Positions 1-13,727 of a stretch of DNA of 64,000 nucleotides are shown one piece after another. The notes below the pieces were generated by a model that did not search any database, was not told the origin of the DNA, and worked only from the letters and a program-made list of their open reading frames with translations. Origin of the DNA: Eledone cirrhosa (taxonomy: Eukaryota); NCBI GenBank assembly GCA_964016885.1, contig OZ024743.1, forward strand, positions 192,014,001 to 192,078,000, in the 5' to 3' direction. The position numbers were made by a program, and so were the translations under genes. The first letter of the stretch is position 1. Every line of letters starts with the position of its first letter.

Positions 1-544
1 TTGGCAGATTTGTTAGAACATCAGATAGAATGTTTTATGGTACTCGTTCCGGCTCTCTGCTCCCTGAGTTCAAATCCCACTGAAGTCAACTTTCATCATT
101 TCGAGATCGATAAAAAAAAATATGTATCAGTCTAGTATGATTCTTCGTCTCTCTGGAAGAAATCAGCAGCACTCAGGCCTGGAGATGGAGGGGCTCCGTG
201 AGGCTTAAAATGCCCTAGAAATGCTGTATATCAATACGGCGCCCTTACAACTCTATTAGGAGTTATAGGAGCATACATACAATTATTATGGATAAAATGA
301 GTGACTAAAAAGTTAACCAACTGGTTTGGTATCAAAAGAGTTAAACTTTGCATTATATTCTTTTGAAATTGTAAATGTAGTTAACATCAGTTTTACATCA
401 GAGCTTTCCTGCAATTATTTTAGAGAAGTTCAGCAATTGCAATATTTGTGTTAATAATGTTTACACTCCAAAGTCATATTAAATTGAATATAAATCTCTA
501 AGATTGAAGATAAAACCAGAGATAGATAAATTTCTTAAACTTAC

Positions 545-642
545 CACATATCTATGTATATTGTGGTATATATAGTACATTTCAGATTTTTGCTGATACT
601 CATGGAACTTGTTAAGCATTTCTCTTTGTTTTTCAGGATTAT
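545..642 (-). CDS. IFT122: IFT122 coding exon (last in window; gene continues past position 1)
   Basis: ccacag|(D)NPEKQREMLNKFHEYQQKSEMYYIYHNIHRYV|gtaagt; 98 bp, phase compatible. Confidence 0.92.
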
Positions 643-694
643 CTGTGGAAAAGGAAAAATAATGTCATTTTCATAATTTCATTGGCTATAAAGT

Positions 695-950
695 ATCATC
701 ATCATCATCATCACCGTTTTACGTCCGTTCTTCCACGCTAGCATGGGTTAGACGGGTTGTCCTGTTGTGGGCAGTGTCTGGTCGGCTGACCATGCCTTGC
801 TCATACAGGAACTGATTTGGCTTGATTTCTACAGCTGGATGCCTTTCCTAACACCAACCTCATTTACAGTGAGTGTTGGGTGCTTTTTCGTGGCGCCTAC
901 ACGTCCACTTTACAGTGTGGGCTGGGTGCTTTTTTGCTGTGGCACCTCCA
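695..950 (-). mobile_element. RTE family B 3' UTR fragment
   Basis: Reverse complement of 30337-30590; (CAT)n at the left end. Confidence 0.85.
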
Positions 951-2334
951 AGTATATAAAACATTTTAATGCTTTTTTTTTTTGTAAATAAATATTAAGG
1001 TCAGAACAGGTTGCAGGAAAAATAATTTACAACTGGATTCCATAACAGATACCAACTACAGAACCATTAAATTGAAACACAACATAATTATCAATTTGAT
1101 ACATCAAAAGGAGAAATTGTAATGTGTATAACAATATTTAAATTTATAACCTTTGGGTCAGCAGACCAGCTAGCACTTTGAAAATTCAGCAATTCACTAC
1201 TGATAGTAATGACAACATAACCCCAAAAATATATATATACTCAAGAAAACAGATCATTTAAAAGTAAAGATCAAAGATTCCAAATAAATGTTTGGTATTT
1301 TCAATACATTTCAAATGCATTAAAAAATATATAATACATGAAAGTATATAAGGAAAGATAAAAATAATGACAAAAACATAAAATATATTTCGTCAGCAAA
1401 TAACATTTTGTGTGAGTAAGACATATACATCAACATTATCATTGTCACAAAAATGGTCGTTATTGTTGGTGTCATACCTATTTAAAACTATTCTTCATGC
1501 TATTTTACAACCTGAGATAGCTAACAAAATTCACAAACTGTATATTGGAGCATTTATAACTCAATTTATGAAATGTAGTACAACAAACCTCAAAAGATTG
1601 CTATATTGTTAACGATATGTGTAGCTGTGAGTTTGTGCATCTGTATGTATGTGTGTGAGAGAGAGAGAGACAGAGAAAGCATATGCATATATATACACAC
1701 ACAAACTTACATGCACAAACACACGTGGAATAATAGTGAAAGTGCCAGTAAGATTTGTATCAATAGATATAATTTTCCAGTGATAAAAGAATAAAATAAA
1801 AATCAGCAAAACAAATTTAAGAAGTTTATCTTTACAGCTTAACAATAGAAAAAAGTATTTAAAAAATATAATTAAAAAAGCAATTTTGTAAAGTTTCTTT
1901 AAATATTGACCACTAACTGATATTTTATCAAAAGAAAAAAAAATGTTGTTCGGATTACATTTATTAATAATGTTTATGCTAATAGAAATGTACCTCATTT
2001 CAAAGTCTCAGAAGATTCTAAAAATGTTCTCAATATGCACGCAAGAAATATTCTCAATATTGAATAATATGTTTTGAACAAAAGGCATCTTAAAATTTCC
2101 ATTAAGTTGTCATAAATGGATAAAAAATATTTATGGAGATTTTGATAACTGATACGTATATGCATGTGTGTGCATATACATGAGTGGCTGAGTGTCTATG
2201 CATGAGTTTATGTGTATGTGTGCCCCTATATGAATATGCATATGTATATATAAATATATATACATAATTGTATATGTGTATGAGCATGTATAAATGCAAA
2301 AAAATGCAAGCATATATATACGTGTATACATGTA

Positions 2335-2369
<35 letters not shown>

Positions 2370-2617
2370 GCATATGCACAGACACTCACACTTAGATTAT
2401 GTGTGTGTGAGAGAGAGAGAGAGAGAGTGTGTGTGTGTGTGTGTGTGTGAGTGAATGCTGTGAAGTGATTGTAGTTAGAAAGAGCATCCAGCCATAGAAA
2501 TCATGCCAAAATGAAATATATGAGCAGGACATGCTCATCTGACGTGTATGGTCTCAGAACATGACAACCCACCTAACTCATGTCAGCATGAGAAATAGAC
2601 TTAAAATGGTGACATAT

Positions 2618-5552
2618 ATCATCATCATCATCATCATCAACGTTTAACGTCCGTGTTCCACGCTTGCATGGGTTTGGACGGGGGTAGTCCCACTTGAGGC
2701 AAGAGTGATTGTCTTGCTCGCATAGGACTGTCTGGCAGGTTTTCTACAGTTGGATGCCCTTCCTAACACCAACCACATTTACAGTGTGGGTCTGGGAGGT
2801 TTTTACCGTGTTGCCTACACGGCCACATTACAGCATGGACTGTGTGTTTTTTTGTCGTGACACCTACACGATCTCATTTGTTTCGGCCTGGATGGCGCGG
2901 CACCAACATAACTTTACATAGAATGGGGTGGTGTGGATGGGGTGGGGGTGGTGGCGGGACGGGGTGTATTTTGTTAGAGATGCCTACTGGCAAGGCGGGT
3001 CTTCTCTGTTACTGAGTACCGCCAAAGGTCTCGGTCCAGTGACATTGTCTTGGAGAGGTGTAAGTGTGTGAGGTCGGAGTTTATCAGCTCATCCCAGGTT
3101 TTTCTAGGTCTGCCTATTCCGTGGCTTCCGTCTATCTTTATTTCCCTGCACTTTGTTATACAGCTATCGACTTTCATGCGCATCACGTGTCCATACCAAC
3201 GCAGCCTTCTCTCGAGTAAACAACATCTGATCCCTCTTATCTCTAATTTTTTCCTTAGTTCGTTTATGCTTTGCCGTTCACGTATATTACTGTTACACAT
3301 CCAGCGGAGCATGCAAGCTTCGTTCCTCTCTAGTCTGCGTATATCCTCTGCACACAATGCCCAGGTCTCACTACCATGCAACATTGCTGTTCGTATGCAG
3401 GCATCGTACAACCTGCCTTTCATTTTTAGGGAGAACCCTTTAGCAGCTAATAGTGGTATAAGCTCTCTGAACTTTTTCCAACCAGTTCTGACTCTAGCTA
3501 CAGTACTTTCAGAGCACCCTCCCCCACTGCTGATTTTATCGCCCAGGTAACGGAAGCTGTCCACTATTTCTATAGAACCCTCTGCGCAATTGAAAGAGCT
3601 AGTATTTTGTGGGCACTTGCTGCTACTTATTGCACCAGAACACCGGCCACATGTAAAATCTATGTTCTTAGTTAGCTTACCTGTGATCCCACTACATCTT
3701 TTATGCACCCATACTTTGCATTTAGGACATAAAATGGAGTTTCTACCTACGCCTTTCCTACACACCGAGCACGACCATTTCCCAGAAGGGACCGCCGCCT
3801 TGTTTTCTTTCCTACAAACTAGAACTTTGGTCTTAGCCAGGTTAATTTTAAGTCCTTTTGACTCTAGGCCGTGCTTCCATGTTTGGAATTTCTTCTCTAG
3901 CTCGGCCATTGATTCCGCTATGAGTGTCAGGTCGTCTGCGTATAGGAGTTCCCATGGGCAGCCTGTCTTGAACTCCTCTGTTATAGCCTGAAGGGCAATA
4001 ATAAATAGTAGGGGGCTGAGGACAGAGCCCTGATGGACGCCAACTTTTACGCTAAACTCTTCACTATATTCGTTGTTAATTCTAACCTTGCTGACTGTTT
4101 CTTTATACATGGCTTGTATAGCCCTCACAAGCCATTCGTCAACGCCTAGTTTTCTAAGAGCCCACCAGATAATGGAGCGGGGGACTCTGTCGAAGGCTTT
4201 CTCCAGGTCGACATAAGCTAAGTAGAGGGGTTTACCTTTAGCTAGGTACTTCTCCTGTAGTTGTCGTACTATGAAAAGAGCGTCTGTGGTGCTTTTGCCT
4301 GACACAAACCCGAACTGCATTTCATCTAGGTCAATTCTCTCTCTGATTAGTTGCGCTATTACTTTTTCCGTGACCTTCATGACCTGGTCGATTAATTTAA
4401 TGCCTCTATAGTTACTCCTATCTAGGGCGTCTCCTTTACCCTTATAACAGTTAACGATGATGCTGCTATGCCAGTCCTTCGGAACAACCCCATTCTGTAC
4501 GACTTGGTTAACTATGCGGGTGGCCATGGTGTGTCCCACCGTGCCAGATGCCTTCAGCATCTCAGCAACTACTTCCGAAGGCCCAGCCGCCTTACCCGTC
4601 TTCATATCCTTGATTGCCTTACTTATTATACTCCCCTCGACTAACACTGCTGGTCCCTCTATCGGGTCGATATGGGGGAGACTGTCTTTCTCCCATTTAT
4701 TCTCCTCATTTAGTAGCCTTTCATAGTGACACTTCCAAGCTACCTTCTTATCAGTGTCGGTGATGGCAAGTATGCCATCATCGTTAAGTACACACTTCTC
4801 CCCGACAATATCACGGTTTTCCTTGACGCGTTGCCTAGCAATCCTGAACACCTCACGTTTTTGGTCATCGCGTTGTAGAACATGCTTGAACTTTCTTTCC
4901 TCAGCTTCCCTTCTTGCTAAGTACACTTCTCTCCTAGCTTCCCTCCTGGCCACTTGATAGTCTACTCTACTTCCCCCATCCCGCCATACTTTCCAAGCCT
5001 GCTTTTTGGCCTTAATTGACCCCTCCACCCTACTGTTCCACCACCATGTTACTCTCCTCCTGCCTACAGGCCTGCTCCAGCCACAGACTTCGTCTGTCGC
5101 CAACAGCAGGTTTGCTTTCAGAAATTCCCACTGTCCCTCTATATTGTCCGATTCTAGATGCTCTTCCTTACTGTCGAAAGCATCAAGTAATATGCTTTGA
5201 AATTTATTTCTGGCTGTGGGGTCCTTTAGCTTCCATATTTTCCTCCTGAGGATAGTCCTCTTCTGCTGTCGAGTACGTCTCGTCCTGACTATGAGGTCAC
5301 TAATTATCAGTCTATGTTGGGAGGTGCATTCTTCATGGGGGAGGGATTTAGTGTTTACAACAGACACTCTGTCACGTCTTCTGGTAAGGATATAATCTAC
5401 CTGGCTTGTGTGTTCCCCGGATCTATAGGTGATCAGGTGATTGTCACGTTTTTTGAAGTTAGTGTTACAGATAGTTAGGTTATTTGCATCACAGAATTCC
5501 AGGATTCTGGAGCCTTCCTCATTTCTAGTACCAAACCCATAGCCTCCATGGA
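2618..5552 (-). mobile_element. RTE LINE family A, 5'-truncated within the APE domain; 797-aa open frame 2974-5367
   Basis: Very similar to the 47007-50027 protein; (GAT)n tail at 2618-2639; TA tract at 5553. Confidence 0.95.
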
Positions 5553-6136
5553 ATATATATATATATATTGTTATACTTGGGGAGGGTCATATTGTTGTAA
5601 TAATATTGCCAGAAATAATAACAGAACACACTCACTGTTTGGTTGGTTTTCGCTTCTGTATCTTTTATATCTCCATAGTTAATTCATTTGGTCCTCAATG
5701 TTTATCATTGACTGACCAACAGTCAAAAATACAGATATAATATAGATATAAACACATATATATAGTTTTGTTGCACATCTGCAACATCATCAGTGGTACT
5801 ATTATGTTCCTCCTGCTGTATTGTATATCTACGCCATTTTTATTTTATATGTTATTATTTCTGGCAATATTATTACAACAATATGACCCTCCCCAAGTAT
5901 AACAATATTTGTTTCGACACACGATTTCATATCAAAAATCTCGCAAAACAAATTCATCGCCGTTATATATATATTCATTTATTATGGCTAAATAGTGAGT
6001 TTTATTACTCTGGAGTTTCACCGGTGTATGCAGGTGAAACTCCAGAGTAACAAGACACTACTTAGTTATATACATATGTGAACACACACCTCGCTCTCTC
6101 TCTCTTTCTCTGTATATGTATATATATATATATATA

Positions 6137-7517
6137 TCATCATCATCATCATCATCATCATCGTTTAAACGCTAGTATGGGTTAGACAGGAGTTGTCCCA
6201 CTTGAGGCAAGATTGGTCGGGTGACCGTGTCTCGCTCGTATAGGACTATCTGGCAGGTTTTCTACAGCTGGATGCCTTTCATTTTCCGAGAGAGACCTTT
6301 TGTGGCCAACGGCGGTATAAGCTCTCTGAACTTTTTCCATCCCGTTCTAACTCTGGCTATTGTACTGACTGAACACCCACCACCAATGCCGATTTGGTCA
6401 CTCAGGTAATGGGAAGTGTCCACTATTTCTATAGAACCATCCGGGCAGTCGAAAAAGCTGGTATCCTGTGGGCACTTGCTACTTATTGCACCTGAGCATC
6501 AGCCACATATAAAATCTATGTTCTTAGATAGCTTGCCTGTGATCCCACTACATCTTTTATGTACCCATAGTTTGCATTTGGGACATAGAATGGAATTTCT
6601 ACCTACTCCTTTCCTACATACTGAGCATGACCATTTCCCAGAGAGCACCTGTGCCCTATTTTCCTTTCTACATACTAGAACTTTAGTCTTAGACAAGTTA
6701 ACTTTAGGCCTTTTGATTCTAGGCCATGCTTCCATGTTTGGAATTTCTTCTCTAGTTCAGCCATAGATTCAGCTATGAGCGTTAGATCATCTGCATATAG
6801 AAGTTCCCATGGGCAGCCAGTCTTAAACTCCTCTGTTATAGCCTGAAGGGCAATAATAAATAGGAGGGGGCTAAGGACAGAGCCTTGATGAACACCAACT
6901 TTTACGCTAAATTCTTCACTAGTTCTAACCTTACTGACTGTATCTTTATACATGGCTTGTACAGCTCTCACAAGCCATTCATTTACTCCTAGCTTTCTAA
7001 GGGCTCACCAGATAATGGAGCGTGGGACTCTGTTAAAGGCTTTCTCCAAGTCAACAAAAGCTAAGTAGAAGGGTTTACTTTTAGCTAGGTACTTCTCCTG
7101 TAGTTGTCATACAAGGAAAAGAGCATCTGTGATACTTTTACCGGACACAAACCCAAACTGCATTTCGTCTAGATCAATTCAATCTCTGATTAGTTGTGCT
7201 ATAACTTTTTCTGGGACCTTCATAACCTGGTCAACTAACTTAATGCCTCTGTAGTTTCCCCTTTCTAGAGCATCTCCTTTACCCTTGTAGCAGTTAACGA
7301 TGATGCTGCTACGCCAGTCCTTTGGTATGACCCCATTCTGTATTACTTGGTTTACTATCCAGGTGACCATAGTATGTCCCATCATTCCAAATGCTTTCAA
7401 CATCTCAGCAACTATCTCCGAAGGCCCAGCCACCTTGCCTGTCTTCATATCTTTGATTGCCTTACTTATTATACAACCACTAACTTCCACCGCTGGTCCC
7501 TCTATTGGATAGATTTT
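6137..7517 (-). mobile_element. Degenerate, internally deleted RTE LINE (family A-like)
   Basis: Fragmented RT ORFs ([14 protein letters not shown], Cys finger); jumps from RT C-terminus to the 3' UTR near 6277; (GAT)n tail. Confidence 0.9.
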
Positions 7518-7764
7518 AATGACATATATCTATATATATATGAAGAGGTCACAGAATGTGTGACGAAAGAACTTTGACAATATATGAACAATCGTCTGGT
7601 TGTGGAACCAACCGAAAATTTATAAATTTAATTTTTAATAAATTGAAGTGAAAGCAACTGGTGCGCGTGTTTCTTATTGGCAACATGACCCTCCCAAAGT
7701 ATAACAATATTGGTTTCAACACACGTTTTCAGATAATGAATCTTGCTAAACAAATTCAGAAACG

Positions 7765-7810
<46 letters not shown>

Positions 7811-7851
7811 CAGTGCTAACATGGTAAAATGGATGTTAAACAATGATGATG

Positions 7852-7893
<42 letters not shown>

Positions 7894-7997
7894 ATATCAT
7901 CATCATCATTGTTTAACATCCATTTTACCATGTTAGCACAGATGTGTGTGTATATATATATTAAATGATGATGAAATATATATATATATATATCATT

Positions 7998-8190
7998 AAA
8001 TAATTGTTTCTACTTTAGGCACAAGGCCAGCAATTACCCAGTACATTACTGGTACTTTATTTTATCGACCCCATGAGGATGAAAAGCAAAGTTAACCTCG
8101 GCAGGATTTGAACTCAGACTGTAAAGGGACGTAACTATGCTAGAAAGCATGGTGTCTGACGCTCTACCGATTCTGCCAATCTACCACCCT
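7998..8190 (-). mobile_element. Short tRNA-SINE family (copies also at 1-130, 20222-20370, 52470-52565, 58834-59021, 59381-59548, 59674-59756)
   Basis: Shared gagttcaaatcc B box, ctttgcctttcatcc..gtcgataaaataaagtaccag..gctggccttgtgcc. Confidence 0.8.
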
Positions 8191-8712
8191 TATATATTAT
8201 TAAATAATGATGAGATAGATATGTGTGGGTGTGTATATATTTGAAGGTGTTTGGCTAAGTGGTTAGTGTATCCAGTTCCGAATCTTAAGGTTCTGAGTTT
8301 GATTTCCATCGGCATGTATTCTTGAGCAAGATATTTTACATACATATATATATGTATGTCATCATCATTATCGTCATGATTAAACCTCCATTTTCCACAC
8401 TTGCATGGGTTAGATGGGTTGTCACATCATGAGACAATTCAGGTCAGAAGGCCACATCATGCCCATACAGATCCTTATTTTGGCTTGATTTCTATGGCTG
8501 GAGGCCCTTCCTAAGACCAACCATACTACAATGTGGACTGGGTGTTTTTTTATCATGGCATGTATATATATATATATATAAGTATTAGGTTGTTAAACAA
8601 TATTCGATGATTATGTCAAAGAATGAGTTTTACAGTAGATTAGAAGCACTCAACTAAAAATAATTTTCAGGAGTTATTAATATAAGTATTAATAAAATAG
8701 ATGTTCTTTTGA

Positions 8713-8781
8713 TCAATCACATTTTATTATACATATTTCGGATGTACAACAGTTCGTCCTCATCAGACAAAATATAATGAT
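8713..8781 (-). ncRNA. Type I hammerhead ribozyme (canonical core, minimal stem III)
   Basis: uauauuuugu CUGAUGA gga..ucc GAAA uaugua UA auaaaaugug. Confidence 0.75.
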
Positions 8782-9011
8782 ACATGACATACCCTGAGAT
8801 GTTAAATGGTTAAGATTTAATCAAGGTAGTACCTTGATTAAATCTTAACCATTTAACATCTGTATATATATATATAATAGAATCTACATATATATTGCAC
8901 TCATAAACATACACAAACATACAGATGTATTTATATATTTTTATATAAAAATTCTGCTCGAATATTAGAGAGAATATTTAATCATCTTCATGATAGGATA
9001 TCTGATATTAC

Positions 9012-9152
9012 CTCGAGCAATATCCAGGCACTGAAATGACAATTTCCAAAAATAAAATCCAGCATCACAGAACCGATTCTTCTTGACGGCATTCAAAGTG
9101 AGTTGTTCCAACACTTTCACAGCAGCATCCACCATCCCAGCTTTATGGTAGG
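9012..9152 (-). CDS. IFT122: IFT122 coding exon
   Basis: ttgtag|(A)[47 protein letters not shown]|gtaata; 141 bp. Confidence 0.95.
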
Positions 9153-9250
9153 CTACAAATAGAAAAAAATAAAAAAAGGTAAGACATCTTTAACCAGAAA
9201 CTTCTTGGTCAATCAATTTAAACAAGAATACAGCTAGCCTTTGAGCCTCA

Positions 9251-9683
9251 TCTATATAGCTAAAACAGAGAATGTCTGTCTGACTCCCTAAAACTTCGAA
9301 AACCACCCAACCGATTGTTTTCAAACTTTACACATGTAATATTTATGTTTCTGTGAGTGTTTTGAGCAAAAATATTTCAAATTTTCAATGACCTAGCGAC
9401 CGCATTAGGCGAAAAAGCGATCTCTCTCTCTCAGTCTTTCGTTTTAGATAGATACATGGATATAACGTTGCGCCCTTATAATATATGTCTGTATGTCTGG
9501 CTGGCTGTCTGCATTACGTCATTATGACGCTATGTGTATGTGTATATATAGTGTGTATATATATATGGTGTGTAACATTTTTTGAAATATTTACTTCTGC
9601 GTTCACATATTGATTTTTTTTAGTTTCAGAAGATCCCGTTAAGGGTGAAAGCAGCGATTCTTTGCTTAAACTTTAATCTGTTA

Positions 9684-9721
<38 letters not shown>

Positions 9722-9867
9722 TATATTCGTGTACAGATATTTTTGCATACACAATAACAAAATATAAACAAACGTATTTATTTCACGAGGCTCGATAAGG
9801 ATAAATATATATCAAATATATAAAAACCCTAGAGCAAATCCCGAGCAACGCCAGGCCATTCTGCTAG
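9251..9867 (+). mobile_element. Non-autonomous Helitron
   Basis: A|TCTATATA..AAAA..gtctgtctg 5' end; 3' hairpin cccgagcaacgccagg then CTAG|T; inserted in an AT site with no TSD. Confidence 0.85.
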
Positions 9868-9894
9868 TTTTTAATAAACAGCAGAATTTGGTGT

Positions 9895-10455
9895 TGCTAG
9901 AACTTCTTCTTCACCCACTTATTCCTGAGAGAGTTGTGGGGGCAGAGTCCTCAAACACTCCTTCCAGTGGGTCCTGTCAGAAGTCAGAAGCAATCATCTC
10001 CAACTAAACCAGCTGGATCCCTAGGTGAGACCAGCCAAGCTCATGGATGTTATCCAACCATCTTGCTTGGGGTCTACCCCTGGATCTCCTGCCAGTTGGT
10101 TTTGCCCATAAAATCTGCCCAGCGAGTCTTTCTTGAGACATTCTAACCACATATCCATAGTCTTAGAACTGTGATTACTCAATTTGGAGAAGTAACAGCT
10201 CTACCTGGAGAGACACTCCGATCTCCGAGTTATGCAATTTATCGAATAATGTTATTCCAAAGATCCTTCAGATGAACCACATTTCGGCCACTGTATTCAC
10301 GATCGCATTCTTTCAGTCATTACCCAAGATTCATTACCATAGGTAAGGATTGGCACGAATACTAAATGAAGATAGCGAGTTTGGCTTTTACGCTTACCTC
10401 CCTTCTTCTGATTACTGAATGTTGAAGATGGCGCATTACTGCACCAGCTCCTGCA
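9895..10455 (-). mobile_element. Old RTE (Expander-like) 3' fragment; related pieces at ~18925-19310 and ~20880-21090
   Basis: PILTYGNESWVMTERMRS; IQAGEMGFL in the related copy. Confidence 0.75.
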
Positions 10456-10514
10456 TGATTTGGTGCTATTAAAAAAATAAAATAAAAAATAACACAAATT
10501 ATGTTATATTTAAC

Positions 10515-10617
10515 CTTGTTGTGCTTCTTCAAACATATCAGCTTCTGCAAGATACTGGGCATGAGGTATGTAGACATCTTGTTTGTACTTTGGATGCTGC
10601 TCTGCAAGGGCAAAGGC
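10515..10617 (-). CDS. IFT122: IFT122 coding exon
   Basis: tttcag|[35 protein letters not shown]|gttaaa; 103 bp. Confidence 0.94.
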
Positions 10618-10694
10618 CTGAAAATAAACAGTATACACACCAATATATACAAGTGGTTGATTGATTGATTGATTGACTGACTGATACATACATG

Positions 10695-11026
10695 TAATGA
10701 TATGGAAAAGAAGGCATGCACAGTAGTGGAAGTTAGCTGTCCAGCAGATGCCAATATAATATTAAAGATTAGCGAAAAGGAGAATATCTATGCAGAACTA
10801 ATGAAAAATCTGCAGATAATCCACCCTGACTCTACCTTCAGATTCATACCTGTGATTATTGGGGCACTGAGATATGTTAGTAACTACCTCAGTACAAATC
10901 TTGATAAGCTGGGCTTCACAAAAACAGAAAGAACATGATTAGTTAGGAAATTACAAGTACAATCAATTAATGAAACAGTAAAAATATGTAAAACATTACA
11001 AAATCTCTGCATCTAATAATAATAAT
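10695..11026 (+). mobile_element. R4/Dong-like non-LTR retrotransposon 3' fragment (RLE domain)
   Basis: [27 protein letters not shown]...FRFIPVIIGALRYV, followed by (TAA)n. Confidence 0.75.
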
Positions 11027-12487
11027 GAAATTATTGTGTAAAGTGCTCAGGTGCACTACAACTCGTCAATATAGTACATAGAATAATACACAAATGCCAG
11101 GGAAGTACAGATACAAAGTACAAATAACTGTACAGATACAAAGCATATGTTCATGCTCATATATAACTCAAAACATACACATCCACACATACAATAACAT
11201 CCATACCTCACACACATGCAGACATATCTAGCTAGTTTATGTTGTTTAAATTCCAATGAGAGAGCCTTGTATCTATGTTAGAAACCGACTCTCTATTGGT
11301 AAAAATTTATAAAATTATAAAACCAGAAGAACATATATACATACATACATACACAAAAACATGCATACACACACAAACACACACACGTACATACATACAT
11401 ACATACATCGGGATTGCAGTGTCTTCACAAGATGTATGTGTGTGTAAAAGGAAGGGGGTGGTGAAAATCTATAGTAAAACAGTGGTTGGCATTCCATTTG
11501 CTATGCTGTGTGAGTATGTGTGTATGTGTGTAAATGTACGTGTGTAAATGATATTGGGTTGTGAAATCTTACATGCATTATCTCAACTCTTCTTATTAAT
11601 AACTACATTGTTTCTTCCCAGGAACTAAGATGAAAAATAAACCTGAATTGGTCATTTCATGAGAGTATCTTGGTAGGCTTATGACCTTTTCAGCCGACCG
11701 ACCCTCGTATAGCACACTTAACCACAATGTCATTGTTAGCATATATTACAAAACCACATGAAAGGAAAGGCCTTCTCATCAACATGAAACTACAAATCTG
11801 TAAACCATAGAACATATGCCAGATAACCAATATAATATATTTCAATGAAAACATGAAAGTTGTAAACTTCAAAACTCAAACTATTACATTAGACAAAGTA
11901 CAACACTTTCTCATTGGTTGATCATGCATTTACAACAAACAGCCATGACAGATAAAAGAAAAAACTACAAAGAAAACAAGAAGCTGATAACAATACAATC
12001 CTATATAAAATTCCACAAAGAAAACGAAAACTAGAAGATTAGCTATGAAAGCTTTGTTAACAAACCAAACATCATCATATATATACAGTAAAAATGAAAT
12101 AAAGTGTAAATTTAACCTGCAGTTACCGCTAAACAATATAAATACATACATACAAGCATATATATATATAATAAATGGGGGAGAAGAGAAAAACACGTTT
12201 GCCACATTAGCAGATAAACTTTAAAAAGTTAAAAGGACAAGACAATAAATGGAAACAAAACAAGACATACAACAATTTTTTAAGGGAAAACCTTAAAAAA
12301 TTATTTTTTTTAAATAAATATACAAACAAAGGGCACAGAACTCCATGGTCATCAGCCATTGTGATGGACTTTGGTTGTTTTGACCCCTACCAACATACTG
12401 CTGGTCCATCCGGAGTCACAGCCTCTGACATAAGCCAAATGTTGTCTAAAGGAATGAGAGATGAAAGACAAAACAATATATGTATAT

Positions 12488-13268
12488 AGGTAGAAATTCC
12501 ATCCTATGTCCCAAATGCAGACTATGAGTACACAAGAGATGCAGTGGGAACTGAGTCAGGCTAGCAAAGAACGTAGGTTTTACATGTGGCTGAGGCACAG
12601 GTGCAGTAAGTAGCAAGAGCTCACAGAGTACTAGCTCCTTCAAATGCCCAGAGCACTCTGTAGAAGTAGTAGATAGTTTCTGTTACCCGGGTGACCAAAT
12701 TAGCAGTGGAGGAGTGTGTTCCAAAAGCACAGCAGCCAAAGTAAGAATAGGTTGGGGAGAGTTCAGGGAGGTACTACTGTTGCTAACTACAAAAGGTTTT
12801 CCCCTCAAAATCAAGGGCAGATTGTATGATGCATGTATACAAACAACAATGTTGCATAATAGTAAAACCTGGGTACAGTATGCAGAGGACCTACAAAGAT
12901 TGGAAAGAAATTAAGCTTCCATGCTTCGATGGATGTGTAGTAGCAATATACTACAACAGCAAAGTATAAATGAACTGAGAGAGAAATTGGACATAAGAGG
13001 GATCAGATGCAATGTGCAGGAAAGGAGAGTGTGTTGGTATGGACAAGTGATGCATATGAAAAATGACACTGTGAAGTGGTCATGTACGTATCTCGACAAA
13101 AAGCACCCATTGGCATTAGGAAGGGCATCCAGCTGTAGAAACCAAGACAAAATCAATTCTGCGTGAGCAAAACACGGTCATCCATCCTGGCTTGTCACAC
13201 ACCTGGACAGCTCTTCTAACTCATACTAGTGTGGAAAATGGATGTTAAACAATGATGATGACGATGAT
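12488..13268 (+). mobile_element. Degenerate RTE 3' fragment with UTR module and (GAT)n tail
   Basis: [25 protein letters not shown]...GIRC; ttaggaagggcatccagctgtagaa. Confidence 0.85.
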
Positions 13269-13287
13269 TATATATATATATATATAT

Positions 13288-13639
13288 AATATATTAACAA
13301 ATGGAAACTATATTTATAAAACCATATTTATTTCATTATACATATTTCAAGGACACCAAAGCAAATTATGGTGCGCCTTGATCAGATAAAATATAATATA
13401 GATCAGTTTTATAAACAAATATTGACATACCCTTAAAGAATGCAACCATGTCGGTTGGAAGCTCCCGTCCAACCGACATGGTTGCATTCTTTAAGGGTAT
13501 GTCAATATTTGTTTATAAAACTGATCTATATTATATTTTATCTGATCAAGGCGCACCATAATTTGCTTTGGTGTCCTTGAAATATGTATAATGAAATAAA
13601 TATGGTTTTATAAATATAGTTTCTATTTGCTAATATATT
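13288..13639. repeat. ~172-bp near-perfect inverted repeat, 8-nt spacer, hammerhead-like motif in each arm
   Basis: Arms 13288-13459 / 13468-13639; cugaucaagg..ccuugaaauauguaua; TA tract immediately left, another at ~13731. Confidence 0.85.
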
Positions 13640-13727
13640 GTATTTTTACTTCAAAAATTTGTTGAGTGCTTTATATCAGTTATAAAAATATTTGCTTGTT
13701 GTTTCCCAACAAATTAAATATAACTTC

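Noticed and set aside
3050-5249. Recurrent antisense ORFs opposite the RTE ORFs
   Set aside because: Shadow frames of LINE coding sequence; they recur only because the LINE is repeated
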